Of a stretch of 56,544 bases of DNA, positions 43,826 to 53,862 are shown in pieces (within the stretch, counting starts at the first letter, position 1; every line of letters starts with the position of its first letter). The stretch is from Gemmatimonadota bacterium (lineage in GTDB: Bacteria > Gemmatimonadota > Gemmatimonadetes > Gemmatimonadales > GWC2-71-9). The stretch is from contig JAEUJI010000039.1 in assembly GCA_016794805.1 (NCBI GenBank), positions 1 to 56,544 on the forward strand, given 5' to 3'. A program made the position numbers and the translations under genes. The notes beneath the pieces are model-generated. The model saw only the letters and a list, made by a program, of their open reading frames with translations. It was not told where the DNA came from and searched no databases.

Positions 43826-46261
43826 TCAATCTTCCCGCAGGACGACGGCCGGATCCACCCGCGTGGCACGCCGGGCAGGGAGCCAGGTGGCGAAGGCGGT
43901 GACCGCCAGCAGCAGCGACGTAATGCCGACGTAGGTGAGGAGGTCGGTGCCTCGCACCCCGAACAGCATCGTGGTGAGCAGCCGGGAGAGCCCGAGGGCC
44001 GCCAGCAGCCCGATCCCCACACCCAGCACCACCAGCCGCATCCCCTGCCCCACCACGAGGCCGAGCAGGTCGCGGGCGCTGGCGCCGAGCGCCAGGCGCA
44101 CCCCGAGTTCCCGGGTCCGCTGGGTCACGGTGTAGGCCATGACGCCGTAGAGCCCGATGGCAGCCAGCAGGGCGGCGAGCCCCGAGAAGAGCGTCAGCAG
44201 GACCATGGAGAACCGGCGCGGCCCGGTGGTGCCCTCGATCAGCGTCTCGAGACTGTTGGGATTCGCCACCGGCAGGTTGCGGTCCACGCTGCCGAGCGCC
44301 GCCTTCACCGCGGGCAGCGCGGCGAGCGGCTCGCCCGCGGTGCGCACTGCGAAGGCCAGGAACGGGATCGGCGACTGCGCGATCGGGAAGTAGAGCTGGA
44401 CCCGTCGCCCCCCATCGAGGCCCTCGTGCATGGTGTGTCCCACCACGCCGACGACCTCGATCCAGGTGATGGCGCTGTCCCCCGGGTTGTTGAACGTGAT
44501 CCGCTTCCCGATGGGATCCTCGTTGGGCCAGTAGCGCTGCGCCATCTCCTCGTCCACCACGACGACCCGCGGGCCGCCGGCCCGGTCCTCGGGGGTGAGC
44601 CCGCGTCCCTGGCGCACCGGGATCTCGAGCGCCGCGAAGAACCCGGGCGTCACCAGCCGGATGTCTCCCCAGGGGCCCGGCGTGTTGGCCGGCGCCTGGT
44701 ACCCCTCGACCGTGAAGCTGCCGGTGGCCCAGCTCCCGCCGAAGGGGAGCACCGACGTGCCGCCGACCGCGGTGATACCGGGCGCGGCCGCAATCGCCGC
44801 GGTCGCCCGCTCGAAGAACGCCACCCGCACGGTGTCGTTGGGGTAGCTCGCGGCGGGGAGCGCCACGTTGAAGGTGAGGACCCGCTCGGGATTGAATCCC
44901 GGATCCACCCCCAGCAGCCGGGCAAAGCTCCGGACCAGCAGCCCGGCGCCGACCAGGAGGGTGAGCGCCAGCGCCACCGTCGCCACCACCAGGCCGCGCC
45001 GGAGGGTCAGGCCGCCCCGGTCGCCGGCGGCGCCGCGGGCGCCGTCCTTCATCGTCTCCGCCACGCTCGTGCGCGCCACCCGAAGCGCCGGCACCAGGCC
45101 GAAGACGAGGCCGGTGAGCAGCGAGGTCCCGAGCGCGAAGCCGAGCACCCGCGCATCCAGCACCAGGGCGGCACTCGGCGCGACCGCGCCGCTGTTGAGC
45201 GACAGCAGCGCCGGCACCCCCCACACGGCGAGGAGCACGCCGAGGGCGCCCCCGGCCAGCGCCAGCACCAGGCTCTCGACCAGCAGCTGCCGGAGCAGCG
45301 CGGCCGGCGAGGCGCCGAGCGCCACCCGCACCGCGATCTCCCGCCCGCGCCCGGCGGCCCGGGCCAGCTGCAGGTTGGCCACGTTGGCGCAGGCGATCAG
45401 CAGTACCGCCGTCACCGCGCCCAGCAGCACGTAGAGCGCCCGCCGGCTGCTCCCGTTGGCCTCGTCGGGGAGGCTCGTCAGGTGCAGGTCCCACGTCGGC
45501 GCGTATTGATCGGGGAAATCGGCCTTGAGACGGGCGGCCAGGGCGTGCATCTCCCCCTGCGCCTGCTCCACCGTGACCCCGTCCTGGAGTCGCGCCGCAA
45601 AGTTGAGGAACTCGTTGGTCCTGGCGTTGTCACTGAACTGGTCCGGCCGGAACACCAGCGGCGTCCAGAGCTCCGCCCGGCGGGCCCAGAAGCCGCGGAA
45701 GCTCTCCGGCATGACCCCGATGATCTCGTACGCCTGCCCGTCCAGCTGCAGCGACCGGCCGATGGCGTTGCGGTCACCGGCAAAGAGCCGCTGCCAGAGC
45801 CCGTGCCCCAGCACCACCACCCGCTCCCGGCCGGCGACGGCGTCATCCGGCAGCAGCCCCCGCCCGACCAGTGCCGGGACGCCGAAGGTCCTGAAGTAGT
45901 CGCCGGTGACGCGGAGCCCGCCCAGCCGCTCGGGCTCTCCCTCCCCGGTGAGGTTCGGGGCCCAGCCCTGTTCGACGGCCGTGGCGCTGAAGAGCTGCTG
46001 CTGGGCGGAGTAGTCGCGGAACCCCGGCACCGACACCGGGGCTTCCATGTTGTTGAGCGAGGGGTAGAAGTGCTCGACGGTGACCAGCCGGTCCGGCGCC
46101 GCGTACGGCAGCGGCCGGAGCAGCACCGCGTTGATCACGGAGAAGATCGCGGTGGTCGCCCCGATCCCGAGCCCGAGGGTGAGGATCGCGACCGCGGCGA
46201 ACCCCGGACTCTTGCGCAGGGTACGCAGCGCGTACCCCACGTCCTGCCGCAGGGCGCCCAC
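43826..46261 (-). CDS. ADOP-type duplicated FtsX/MacB-like permease (copy 1)
   Basis: GTG start 2 nt after the ATPase stop. N-terminus MGALRQDVGYALRTLRKSPGFAAVAILTLGLGIGATTAIFSVINAVLLRPLPY. 811 aa. Confidence 0.85.
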   Translation of the reverse strand: MGALRQDVGYALRTLRKSPGFAAVAILTLGLGIGATTAIFSVINAVLLRPLPYAAPDRLVTVEHFYPSLNNMEAPVSVPGFRDYSAQQQLFSATAVEQGWAPNLTGEGEPERLGGLRVTGDYFRTFGVPALVGRGLLPDDAVAGRERVVVLGHGLWQRLFAGDRNAIGRSLQLDGQAYEIIGVMPESFRGFWARRAELWTPLVFRPDQFSDNARTNEFLNFAARLQDGVTVEQAQGEMHALAARLKADFPDQYAPTWDLHLTSLPDEANGSSRRALYVLLGAVTAVLLIACANVANLQLARAAGRGREIAVRVALGASPAALLRQLLVESLVLALAGGALGVLLAVWGVPALLSLNSGAVAPSAALVLDARVLGFALGTSLLTGLVFGLVPALRVARTSVAETMKDGARGAAGDRGGLTLRRGLVVATVALALTLLVGAGLLVRSFARLLGVDPGFNPERVLTFNVALPAASYPNDTVRVAFFERATAAIAAAPGITAVGGTSVLPFGGSWATGSFTVEGYQAPANTPGPWGDIRLVTPGFFAALEIPVRQGRGLTPEDRAGGPRVVVVDEEMAQRYWPNEDPIGKRITFNNPGDSAITWIEVVGVVGHTMHEGLDGGRRVQLYFPIAQSPIPFLAFAVRTAGEPLAALPAVKAALGSVDRNLPVANPNSLETLIEGTTGPRRFSMVLLTLFSGLAALLAAIGLYGVMAYTVTQRTRELGVRLALGASARDLLGLVVGQGMRLVVLGVGIGLLAALGLSRLLTTMLFGVRGTDLLTYVGITSLLLAVTAFATWLPARRATRVDPAVVLRED

Positions 46262-46263
46262 GC

Positions 46264-46974
<711 letters not shown>

Positions 46975-47050
46975 GTCCGCTCCGTGAATGCGTTGGTTGG
47001 TGCCTCCGGCACCCGCGGCCGACCGGCCGGGGCGCGCCCCCTGCGCCCCG

Positions 47051-48295
47051 CTACTGCAACCGCACCCGCTCCACGCCGTCCCACCGGGACATGTCGGAGA
47101 GGATCACCACGTCCCCGGCGTCCAGCCCGCGGAGGATCTCGATCGCGTTCACCGAACTGCGCCCCAGCTCCACCCGCACCCGCTCCGCCTCGCTGGTCCC
47201 GGGCAGCACCCGGAAGATGCCCACGGTGCTGTTGGCCTGGCCGTAGGCCGGCCGCCCCACGTGGAGCACCTTGTCCAGCCGCTCAATCTCGATGGTGCCG
47301 TCCACGCTCAGGTCCGGGCGCGCCCCGCGGGGCAGCGCCCCCTCGAGGGTCACGTCCACCGCGACGGTGGCGTTCTGGCTGGCCGGGTCAATGCGGACGA
47401 CCCGCCCGGTGACGATGCCGTTCCGGGTGTCGATCCGCGCCACCTGGCCCAGCGCCACGTCCTTGGCCATCGTCTCGGGAATCCGCAGCACCGCCTTGAG
47501 CCGCTCTGGCTGGACCACCTTGGCGAGCGTGGCGCCGGAGATGGCCCACTGCCCCACCTCGAGCGGCAGTTCCTGCAGCACCCCGTCCGCGCCGGCCCGC
47601 ACCACCATGGAGGTGACCATGGTCCGCTGGAAGTCCGCCACTGCCTTGAAGCGCTGGACCTGGAGCTCCTGGACCTCGAGCTGGCCGCCGATGTTCTCGG
47701 TGTAGATCTGCAGCCGCTGCTGCTCCACGCTCAGCCGTTCGGTCAGTTCCTCGGCCCGGTCCCGGGAGCGGGCATACTCCGCGGTGGAGATGAGGTTCTG
47801 GTCGGCCAGGGCGGAATCGGCCGCGGACTTCCGCAGCGCCTCCCGGTACTCCGACCGGACCGTCGCCACCACCCCGGCCTGGTTGAGCCGCTGAGTCTCG
47901 AGGGTGGTCCGGAGGGAGACCAGCTGGGCCTGGGCGTCCGTCAGCTGCCGCTCCGCCTGCAGCCGCTGGATCTCCACGTCTGGATTGCTGAGCTCGAGGA
48001 GCACGGTGCCCGCAGTCACCCGCTCCCCCGGCTGCACCAGCTTGCGCTCCACCCGGCCCGGCGTCACCGCGGACACCCAGCGGATCTGCTCCGGCACCAG
48101 GGAGCCCGGCCCGCGGACCTCCCGCACCATCGGCCCGAGACGGACGGTATCGGTCCAGAGGGTGCCGCTATCCACCCCTGGCGCGGCCGGCTTGAGCCGG
48201 GCCAGTCCGACCGTAACGCTGACGACGGCCAGCAGGCCGGCGCCGATCAGGACGTAGCGCCGGCGATTCGGGCGGCGCTCGCGGGGGATGTCCAC
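47051..48295 (-). CDS. HlyD/MacA-family periplasmic adaptor subunit
   Basis: Start set at the internal GTG (VDIPRERRPNRRRYVLIGAGLLAVV), matching the usual MDIPR..-type N-terminus plus single TM of this family. It has a barrel-sandwich/coiled-coil pattern (GTVLLELSNPDVEIQRLQAERQL..). The upstream 130 codons of the ORF are low-complexity. Confidence 0.8.
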   Translation of the reverse strand: MDIPRERRPNRRRYVLIGAGLLAVVSVTVGLARLKPAAPGVDSGTLWTDTVRLGPMVREVRGPGSLVPEQIRWVSAVTPGRVERKLVQPGERVTAGTVLLELSNPDVEIQRLQAERQLTDAQAQLVSLRTTLETQRLNQAGVVATVRSEYREALRKSAADSALADQNLISTAEYARSRDRAEELTERLSVEQQRLQIYTENIGGQLEVQELQVQRFKAVADFQRTMVTSMVVRAGADGVLQELPLEVGQWAISGATLAKVVQPERLKAVLRIPETMAKDVALGQVARIDTRNGIVTGRVVRIDPASQNATVAVDVTLEGALPRGARPDLSVDGTIEIERLDKVLHVGRPAYGQANSTVGIFRVLPGTSEAERVRVELGRSSVNAIEILRGLDAGDVVILSDMSRWDGVERVRLQ

Positions 48296-48672
48296 GCGGA
48301 TACCTTGGCTCAGATGAATGGAACGACGACTGGCGTCCGTCAGGACGCTACGCGGTCTGGCAAGGGAAGTTGCATGCCGTAACCGGGGTCGGGCGCCAAA
48401 TGGCAACCGCCGCTCGAGGAAGGACTTAGCGCGGCGCACCGGGCGGCTCCCGCTGCTCCCTGTTCGGCCGTGGGATTCTCCGTCCCACAACCGGACACCG
48501 TCCGGTGGGGGAATCGGGGCGTGTGCCATCCTCGGCTTACGTCGTCCCCTGCCCACGAGTACCTTGGGCCGACCGTGCGGCCCACCGGCGCCGCTCCGCT
48601 TCCCCAGACCTTGCCCCCGACCACCTTCGCGCCCCGGATGTCCGGGCCGCGACTCAACAGCCCCGGAGCTCC

Positions 48673-49749
48673 ATGTCGCGGCCAACCACGCGCCTGCTCC
48701 TGCCGCTCCTGCTCCTCGGCTGTGCCCACTCCGATCCCTTCCCTTCCGGGGATCCGGGCGACAACGGGCCCTTCAACGGGCCCCCGCCCCAGTTACTGAC
48801 CCTGCACCTCGGGCAAGATCGAACCCCGGCCTGGTCGCCCGATGGCTCCCGGCTGCTCTACTCTTTCAATCAAGTGGAGCTGCCTGACCAGGACGCCTGC
48901 CTCGGTGCCCTGCCCCCGGCGGGCGGCACTCGGAGCCTCGAGCACTGCCGCCTCGGCGACACCTTCCATGAGCTGGTCGAGGTCCGCGAGTGGCCGGCGC
49001 TGAGTCCGACGGGCCAGCTCGCCTGGGTGGAGCAGGAGAACCTGGTGGGGGTCCGGGTGCCGACCGCCGGCGCCATCCGGGTCGGGACCCTCTCCCCGCT
49101 CAACCCAGGCATCGTGGTGCGATCCCTTCCCTACACGCCGCCCGGCGGGGCCCTGCATCTGACCGCGACCCACCTTGCATGGTTGGGAACCGATTCGCTG
49201 GTCTATGTCGGCGCCGACTTCCTGGTCACCCGGGCCTGCAACGGCTGCAAGCTGGATTCGCTCATCGTCGGGCGGGAAGTGATCATCCTCGACGCCACGA
49301 CGTCCCCCGCAACCACGACCGTCGTCCCCGGCACCTCCGGTGCAACCGCCGTCGCGCCCGCCGGCGCCCCGGGAGCCATCGTCTACACCCTCCCCGGGGA
49401 CGGCATCGTCTATCGCCGGCAGCTCGCCACCGGGGTGGTGGATTCACTCTGGGACTTCAGCGCCACCGGCATCGCGCGGGACCCAGCGCTGCAGGGCCAT
49501 CGCCTCGTGGCGGTGGTCGGCGGCAACGTCACCTTCACCGTGGACCCGTTGCTCGGGCCGGTGCAGCAGGACGCGGGGGGGCCGCTCTACGTGGTCAACC
49601 TCGCCGACAGCACGGTGACCGCAGTGAGCCCGGGAGACCATGCCGCGCGGCATCCCGTCTTCCGGCCGCAGCAACAGGCCATCGTCGCGGAGGCGGTGGA
49701 TACCGTCCCGCCGTTCGACCCCAACCTCTACCTCTACCTGGTCCCGTGA
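48673..49749 (+). CDS. Lipoprotein, TolB/propeller-like, paralog A
   Basis: Internal ATG gives MSRPTTRLLLPLLLLGCAHSD (lipobox). It has the PD40-like block GQDRTPAWSPDGSRLLYSF. It shares LLLLGCAHS, GQD-x-T-x-AWS-x-DG and VYRR-x-LATGVVD-x-L-x-DF with the next gene. Confidence 0.7.
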   Translation: MSRPTTRLLLPLLLLGCAHSDPFPSGDPGDNGPFNGPPPQLLTLHLGQDRTPAWSPDGSRLLYSFNQVELPDQDACLGALPPAGGTRSLEHCRLGDTFHELVEVREWPALSPTGQLAWVEQENLVGVRVPTAGAIRVGTLSPLNPGIVVRSLPYTPPGGALHLTATHLAWLGTDSLVYVGADFLVTRACNGCKLDSLIVGREVIILDATTSPATTTVVPGTSGATAVAPAGAPGAIVYTLPGDGIVYRRQLATGVVDSLWDFSATGIARDPALQGHRLVAVVGGNVTFTVDPLLGPVQQDAGGPLYVVNLADSTVTAVSPGDHAARHPVFRPQQQAIVAEAVDTVPPFDPNLYLYLVP

Positions 49750-50843
49750 TGCGGCACGGCTGGGTGCTGCCGCTCCTCCTGCTCGGCTGCGCCCACAGTG
49801 AGGCCTTTGGCGACCCGGAGCCCGGCAGCGGCGGTCCGCGCGGCGGGGGCCCGCCGGTACGGCTGACCTACAACATCGGGCAGGACGGGACCGCCGCCTG
49901 GTCGGACGACGGCGCCTTCATCTACTACTCGGCCCAGGACTCGTTTTCCAGCGACAAGGACCGCTGCATCGTGCGGATGGCCGCAGGTGGCGGGAGCCGG
50001 ATCCCGCTGGCCTGTCCGGAGCCCCTCTCGGCCAACGGCCTGACCGAGATCTTCGATCAGCCGGCCCCGGGTGCCGGCCGCGTCGCCTACGCCTCCTCGG
50101 AACTCGGCGTGGACGAGCATGCGCCCTTCCGGCACGCGATCTGGCTGGTGGCGGACCAGCCGTACGCGGCCCCCACCCTGGCCCTGGCCTTTCCGTACTT
50201 CACCCCGAGCGGGGCCTCTCACGACGCACCGATCTACCTGCAGTGGCTCTCCCCCGACACGCTGGTGTTCATCGGGGCGGAAAACGGCTGCTGCCGCAAG
50301 GACACGATGCGATTCGGCGAGCAGATCGTGCTCCTGGACCTGAGCGGGCCCACGCCCGTCCGCCACTTCGTTCCCGGCACGACCCGGGCGAGCGCGGTCC
50401 AGGCCGCCGCGGATGGCTCGGCGATTCACTACACGATTGCGGGAGACAGCCGGGTCTACCGCCGGGTCCTCGCCACCGGGGTGGTGGACACCCTGCACGA
50501 TTTCGGTCCGGGGCGGGTGGCCCGAGACCCGCAGCTCGTCGGCACCAGGCTCTACGCCATCGTGGATGGCCACGACGGCTTCACCGACCTGCCGCCGTTC
50601 TACGGCGTGCAGATCGACTATGGCGGACGACTGGTCCGCGTGGATCTCCCCGGCGGCGGGGAGACGGACATCGGGGATCCGCTGCACCTGTTCAAGCGGC
50701 CGCGGGTCTCGCCCGGCGGCAGCGGCCTGGTGGTGGAGGGCTACCCGATGTCGAGCGTCGAACTGCTGGACTCCACCGGGACGGTGGTGGCCGTGGACAC
50801 CACGGTGGCCCGCTGGGCCGATCTCTGGCTGATGGAGGAATAG
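49749..50843 (+). CDS. Lipoprotein, TolB/propeller-like, paralog B
   Basis: The ATG overlaps the preceding TGA by 1 nt (TGATG). N-terminus MRHGWVLPLLLLGCAHSE. It is a paralog of the upstream gene. Confidence 0.7.
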   Translation: MRHGWVLPLLLLGCAHSEAFGDPEPGSGGPRGGGPPVRLTYNIGQDGTAAWSDDGAFIYYSAQDSFSSDKDRCIVRMAAGGGSRIPLACPEPLSANGLTEIFDQPAPGAGRVAYASSELGVDEHAPFRHAIWLVADQPYAAPTLALAFPYFTPSGASHDAPIYLQWLSPDTLVFIGAENGCCRKDTMRFGEQIVLLDLSGPTPVRHFVPGTTRASAVQAAADGSAIHYTIAGDSRVYRRVLATGVVDTLHDFGPGRVARDPQLVGTRLYAIVDGHDGFTDLPPFYGVQIDYGGRLVRVDLPGGGETDIGDPLHLFKRPRVSPGGSGLVVEGYPMSSVELLDSTGTVVAVDTTVARWADLWLMEE

Positions 50844-50845
50844 GC

Positions 50846-53617
50846 GTGCGGCGATTGATCGCAGGATTCGCGGTGCTCGCCCTCGGGGCACTGCCCCTCG
50901 GGGCCCAGTCGGCGGGTGTGGTCACCGGCGTGGTCCGGGAGGCCGGCGCGGCCGGCCAGCCCCTGGTCGGCGCCCGGGTGAGCGTGGACAACGGACGGTT
51001 TGTCACCGTCACCGACCCGCGCGGCGTCTACCGGGTCCGCGAACTCGTGGCCGGCTGGCACACGATCCGGGTCGCCGCGATCGGCTACCGGCCGCAGAGC
51101 CGCGACAGCGTCCTGATCCGGGCCGGGCAGACCACGCCGCTCGATTTCGCGCTGCAGGCCGACCCGGTCGGCCTGGAACCGCTCGAGGTCATCGCCGAAC
51201 GGGTGGACTCGGTGCTCGATCCGCTGGCCATCCAGGACCAGCAGCGCTTTACCGCGGAGGACATCCGCCGCCTGCCGGTCTCCACCGTGGAGGAGGCGAT
51301 CGCCCTCTCCAGCGGCGCCGTCGGGGAGAGCTACCGCGGCGGCCGGCTCGGCCAGCAGGCGTTCATCCTTGACGGCATGGGGCTCAAGAACCAGCTCGAT
51401 GCGTCGACCGGGTCCCTCGGCGTCCGGCTCCCGCCCGACATGCTCGCCGAGGCGTCGCTCATCACCAACGGCTTCTCCGCCCGCTACGGGCAGGCCGTCT
51501 CCGCCCTGGTCAACCTCGCCACGCGCGACGGCGGAGAACGCTGGAGCGGACGGGCCGCCTACGAGACCGACCGCCCCCTGGGCGAGAATGACGATTTCGG
51601 GCTGGACCGGATCGTGCTGGGCGCGGACGGCCCCCTCCCCGCCGGGATCCGGCTGCTCGCCGTGGCGGATCTCTCCGGCCGGCTCGATGCCGATCCAGTC
51701 AACGCCCCCCGCGCCACCAACCCGCGGGACCCCCGGAGCGACGGCTCCCGCATGCTGCCGCACAACAGCGCCGAGCAGGCCGATCTTGCGGCCAAGCTCA
51801 CCATCCCGCTTGGCGCGCGGCAGACCCTGCGGCTGCTGGGCCTCCGCTCGGTGGACCAGCGGCTGCTGTACGACCAGGCCTACAAGTACGACCAGGACCT
51901 GGCACCGGTCCGGCGCACCACCGGCTACCTGGTGAATGGTCACCTGCAGCGGACCTTTCCCGGCCCCGACATCACCACCGACCTGCGGGTGGGGTACTTC
52001 GACCGAGAGTTCCTGCGCGGCACCGCCACCGACCATCCCGACTACCGCTTCGGCGCCTTTACCGGCACGTCCATCGGCATCCTGGGGGAGGACATCGCCC
52101 GCCGGCTCGATACCGTGGCCGCCAACGCGCCACTGCCCGGGCTCATCGCCCCGACCTGGAGCGATCGCACCCCGTGGGGAGTCCCCGCCTTCTTCCTCGG
52201 CCGGGCCTCGCGGGGCGGGCTCTCCTGGAACCAGTTCCGCGAGTGGCGCACCCGCCTCGATGCCAGCATCCCCGCGGGCGGCAACACCGACCTCTACTTC
52301 GGCGGCGAGTACTCCGCCCAGCACGTCCGCACCTTCCAGCGGATCCAGGGTTACCTGCCGGTGGGCGATTCGGTGCCGGCCACCGCCGTGTCCGACTTCA
52401 CCCCCTGGGCCGGCTCGCTCTATGCCGAGGTGCAGGGCCGGTCCAACGACCTGGCCCTGACCGTCGGGATGCGCTACGACCAGTTCAGCGGGCGTGACGA
52501 CCTGCCGGGCAAGGCGGCGAAGACCCAGCGGGCGCTCTCCCCCCGGCTCGCGGTGAGTACCGTCCTCAAGGGCGCGACCTTCGTCGCCAGCTTCGGCAAG
52601 TTCCGGCAGGCGCCGGACTACCAGTACCTCGTGGATGCGGCCTTCGACGATACCACCCGGACCGGGCGCTTCCGCGCCGGCAACCCGGACCTGGGGTTCG
52701 AGGAGTCCACCCAGTACGAGTTCAGCCTCCGGATCCGGCCCACCCCGCTCACTTCCGCCCGGGCCAACCTGTACGTCCGCCGCCTCGACGGCCTGGTGGC
52801 GTCGGTGCCGCTCAGCACCAACCCCGATTCCAGCATCTTCGGGAATGTGGACGCGGGGTCAGTGAAGGGCATCGAGTTCCTGGTCGAGCGGGAGTTTGCC
52901 CGCGGCTGGGGGGCGCGGGTGAGCTATGCGCTGCAGGAGGCCACCGCCAACTCGTCGGACGCGTTCTTCGTCCGGCGCGGCTTCGAGATCGATCCCGTCA
53001 CCGGCGACACGACCTTCCCGGCCAAGGTCGAGTTCCCGCTCGACTTCGACCGCCGCCACTCGTTCACCGCGATCGTCACCGGCACCACCTCGCCCCGCCT
53101 CGGTCCGATGCTCCTGGGCGTCCGGCCGCTGGCGGAGTTCGAGGCCACCGCCATCTTCCGCTATGCCTCGGGCCTGCCATTCTCCCGCACCAACACCGCG
53201 GGCGATTCCATCATCGGGCTGCCCAACGATGGCCGGCTGCCGTCAACCTCCGTGCTCGATGTGCTGCTGCGCCGGCCCCTCCGGTTCGGCGCCGTCGGCG
53301 GCAGCATCTACCTCGACGTCCGGAACATCCTCAATCGCCGGAATGTCATCGCGGTCCGCCGCGACACCGGCAAGATCCAGCTCACCGAAGCGAAGATGCA
53401 GGCACTGGCCGACTCGGCCTACCAGGCCAACCCGTCCCCCATTCCCTACGAGTCTCCCCGGTACCGCGGCTGGGCCGACCTGGACAACAACGGGTACGTG
53501 GAGGGGGCGGCGGAACTGCAGCCGCTCTTCCTCGCCGCCGCCCGAGACTTCTTCCAGCCGATCTTCTACTACGGCGCTCCCCGGCTGGTCCGGATCGGCA
53601 TGGAGTTCACCTTCTGA
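50846..53617 (+). CDS. Outer-membrane TonB-dependent-receptor-type protein with N-terminal CarboxypepD_reg domain
   Basis: GTG start 2 nt after the upstream stop, with GGAGGA 6 nt upstream. Signal VRRLIAGFAVLALGALPLGAQS, a CarboxypepD_reg-like segment (GVVREAG..RVSVDNGRFVTVTDPRGVYRVRELVAGWHTIRVAAIGY), a plug-like segment (RGGRLGQQAFILDGMGLKN) and a C-terminal beta-signal ..RIGMEFTF. Confidence 0.85.
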   Translation: MRRLIAGFAVLALGALPLGAQSAGVVTGVVREAGAAGQPLVGARVSVDNGRFVTVTDPRGVYRVRELVAGWHTIRVAAIGYRPQSRDSVLIRAGQTTPLDFALQADPVGLEPLEVIAERVDSVLDPLAIQDQQRFTAEDIRRLPVSTVEEAIALSSGAVGESYRGGRLGQQAFILDGMGLKNQLDASTGSLGVRLPPDMLAEASLITNGFSARYGQAVSALVNLATRDGGERWSGRAAYETDRPLGENDDFGLDRIVLGADGPLPAGIRLLAVADLSGRLDADPVNAPRATNPRDPRSDGSRMLPHNSAEQADLAAKLTIPLGARQTLRLLGLRSVDQRLLYDQAYKYDQDLAPVRRTTGYLVNGHLQRTFPGPDITTDLRVGYFDREFLRGTATDHPDYRFGAFTGTSIGILGEDIARRLDTVAANAPLPGLIAPTWSDRTPWGVPAFFLGRASRGGLSWNQFREWRTRLDASIPAGGNTDLYFGGEYSAQHVRTFQRIQGYLPVGDSVPATAVSDFTPWAGSLYAEVQGRSNDLALTVGMRYDQFSGRDDLPGKAAKTQRALSPRLAVSTVLKGATFVASFGKFRQAPDYQYLVDAAFDDTTRTGRFRAGNPDLGFEESTQYEFSLRIRPTPLTSARANLYVRRLDGLVASVPLSTNPDSSIFGNVDAGSVKGIEFLVEREFARGWGARVSYALQEATANSSDAFFVRRGFEIDPVTGDTTFPAKVEFPLDFDRRHSFTAIVTGTTSPRLGPMLLGVRPLAEFEATAIFRYASGLPFSRTNTAGDSIIGLPNDGRLPSTSVLDVLLRRPLRFGAVGGSIYLDVRNILNRRNVIAVRRDTGKIQLTEAKMQALADSAYQANPSPIPYESPRYRGWADLDNNGYVEGAAELQPLFLAAARDFFQPIFYYGAPRLVRIGMEFTF

Positions 53618-53623
53618 CGCGGA

Positions 53624-53650
53624 ACGGGGCGGCCACCCCGGCCGCCCCGT
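53624..53650. terminator. Bidirectional hairpin between convergent genes
   Basis: ACGGGGCGGCC-ACCCC-GGCCGCCCCGT is a perfect 11-bp stem. It lies between the outer-membrane-protein stop (53617) and the stop of the minus-strand small gene (53650-53652). Confidence 0.5.
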
Positions 53651-53862
53651 CAGTCTCCCCCACCGCCATCGCCGCCCCCGTCTCCGCCGCCTCCACCGTC
53701 GCAGTCCCCGCTGTCGCAATTCGTGCCGTCGTCCCCACCGCTCGCTGCGGCCCCGCCATCCGTCCCGCCACCATCGGAGTGGCGGCCGGCCTGCCGGCGG
53801 CGGGTGGACGCGACCGCCGCCAGCGCGAGGACGATCAAGAGAGCCGCGACGAAGAGGGCCAT
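53650..53862 (-). CDS. Small membrane-anchored Gly/Asp-rich protein
   Basis: 70 aa from the ATG that overlaps the upstream stop by 1 nt (77 aa if started at 53883). A TM helix (ALFVAALLIVLALAAVA) is followed by RRRQAGRHSDGGGTDGGAAASGGDDGTNCDSGDCDGGGGGDGGGDGGGGD. Confidence 0.4.
   Translation of the reverse strand: MALFVAALLIVLALAAVASTRRRQAGRHSDGGGTDGGAAASGGDDGTNCDSGDCDGGGGGDGGGDGGGGD

Noticed and set aside
48358-48375. Sigma-54-like sequence TGGCAAGGGAAGTTGCAT on the plus strand, upstream of the twin-lipoprotein genes.
   Set aside because: GG and GC are separated by 11 nt instead of the invariant 10, which normally abolishes sigma-54 promoter function. It also lies ~300 nt from the ATG.
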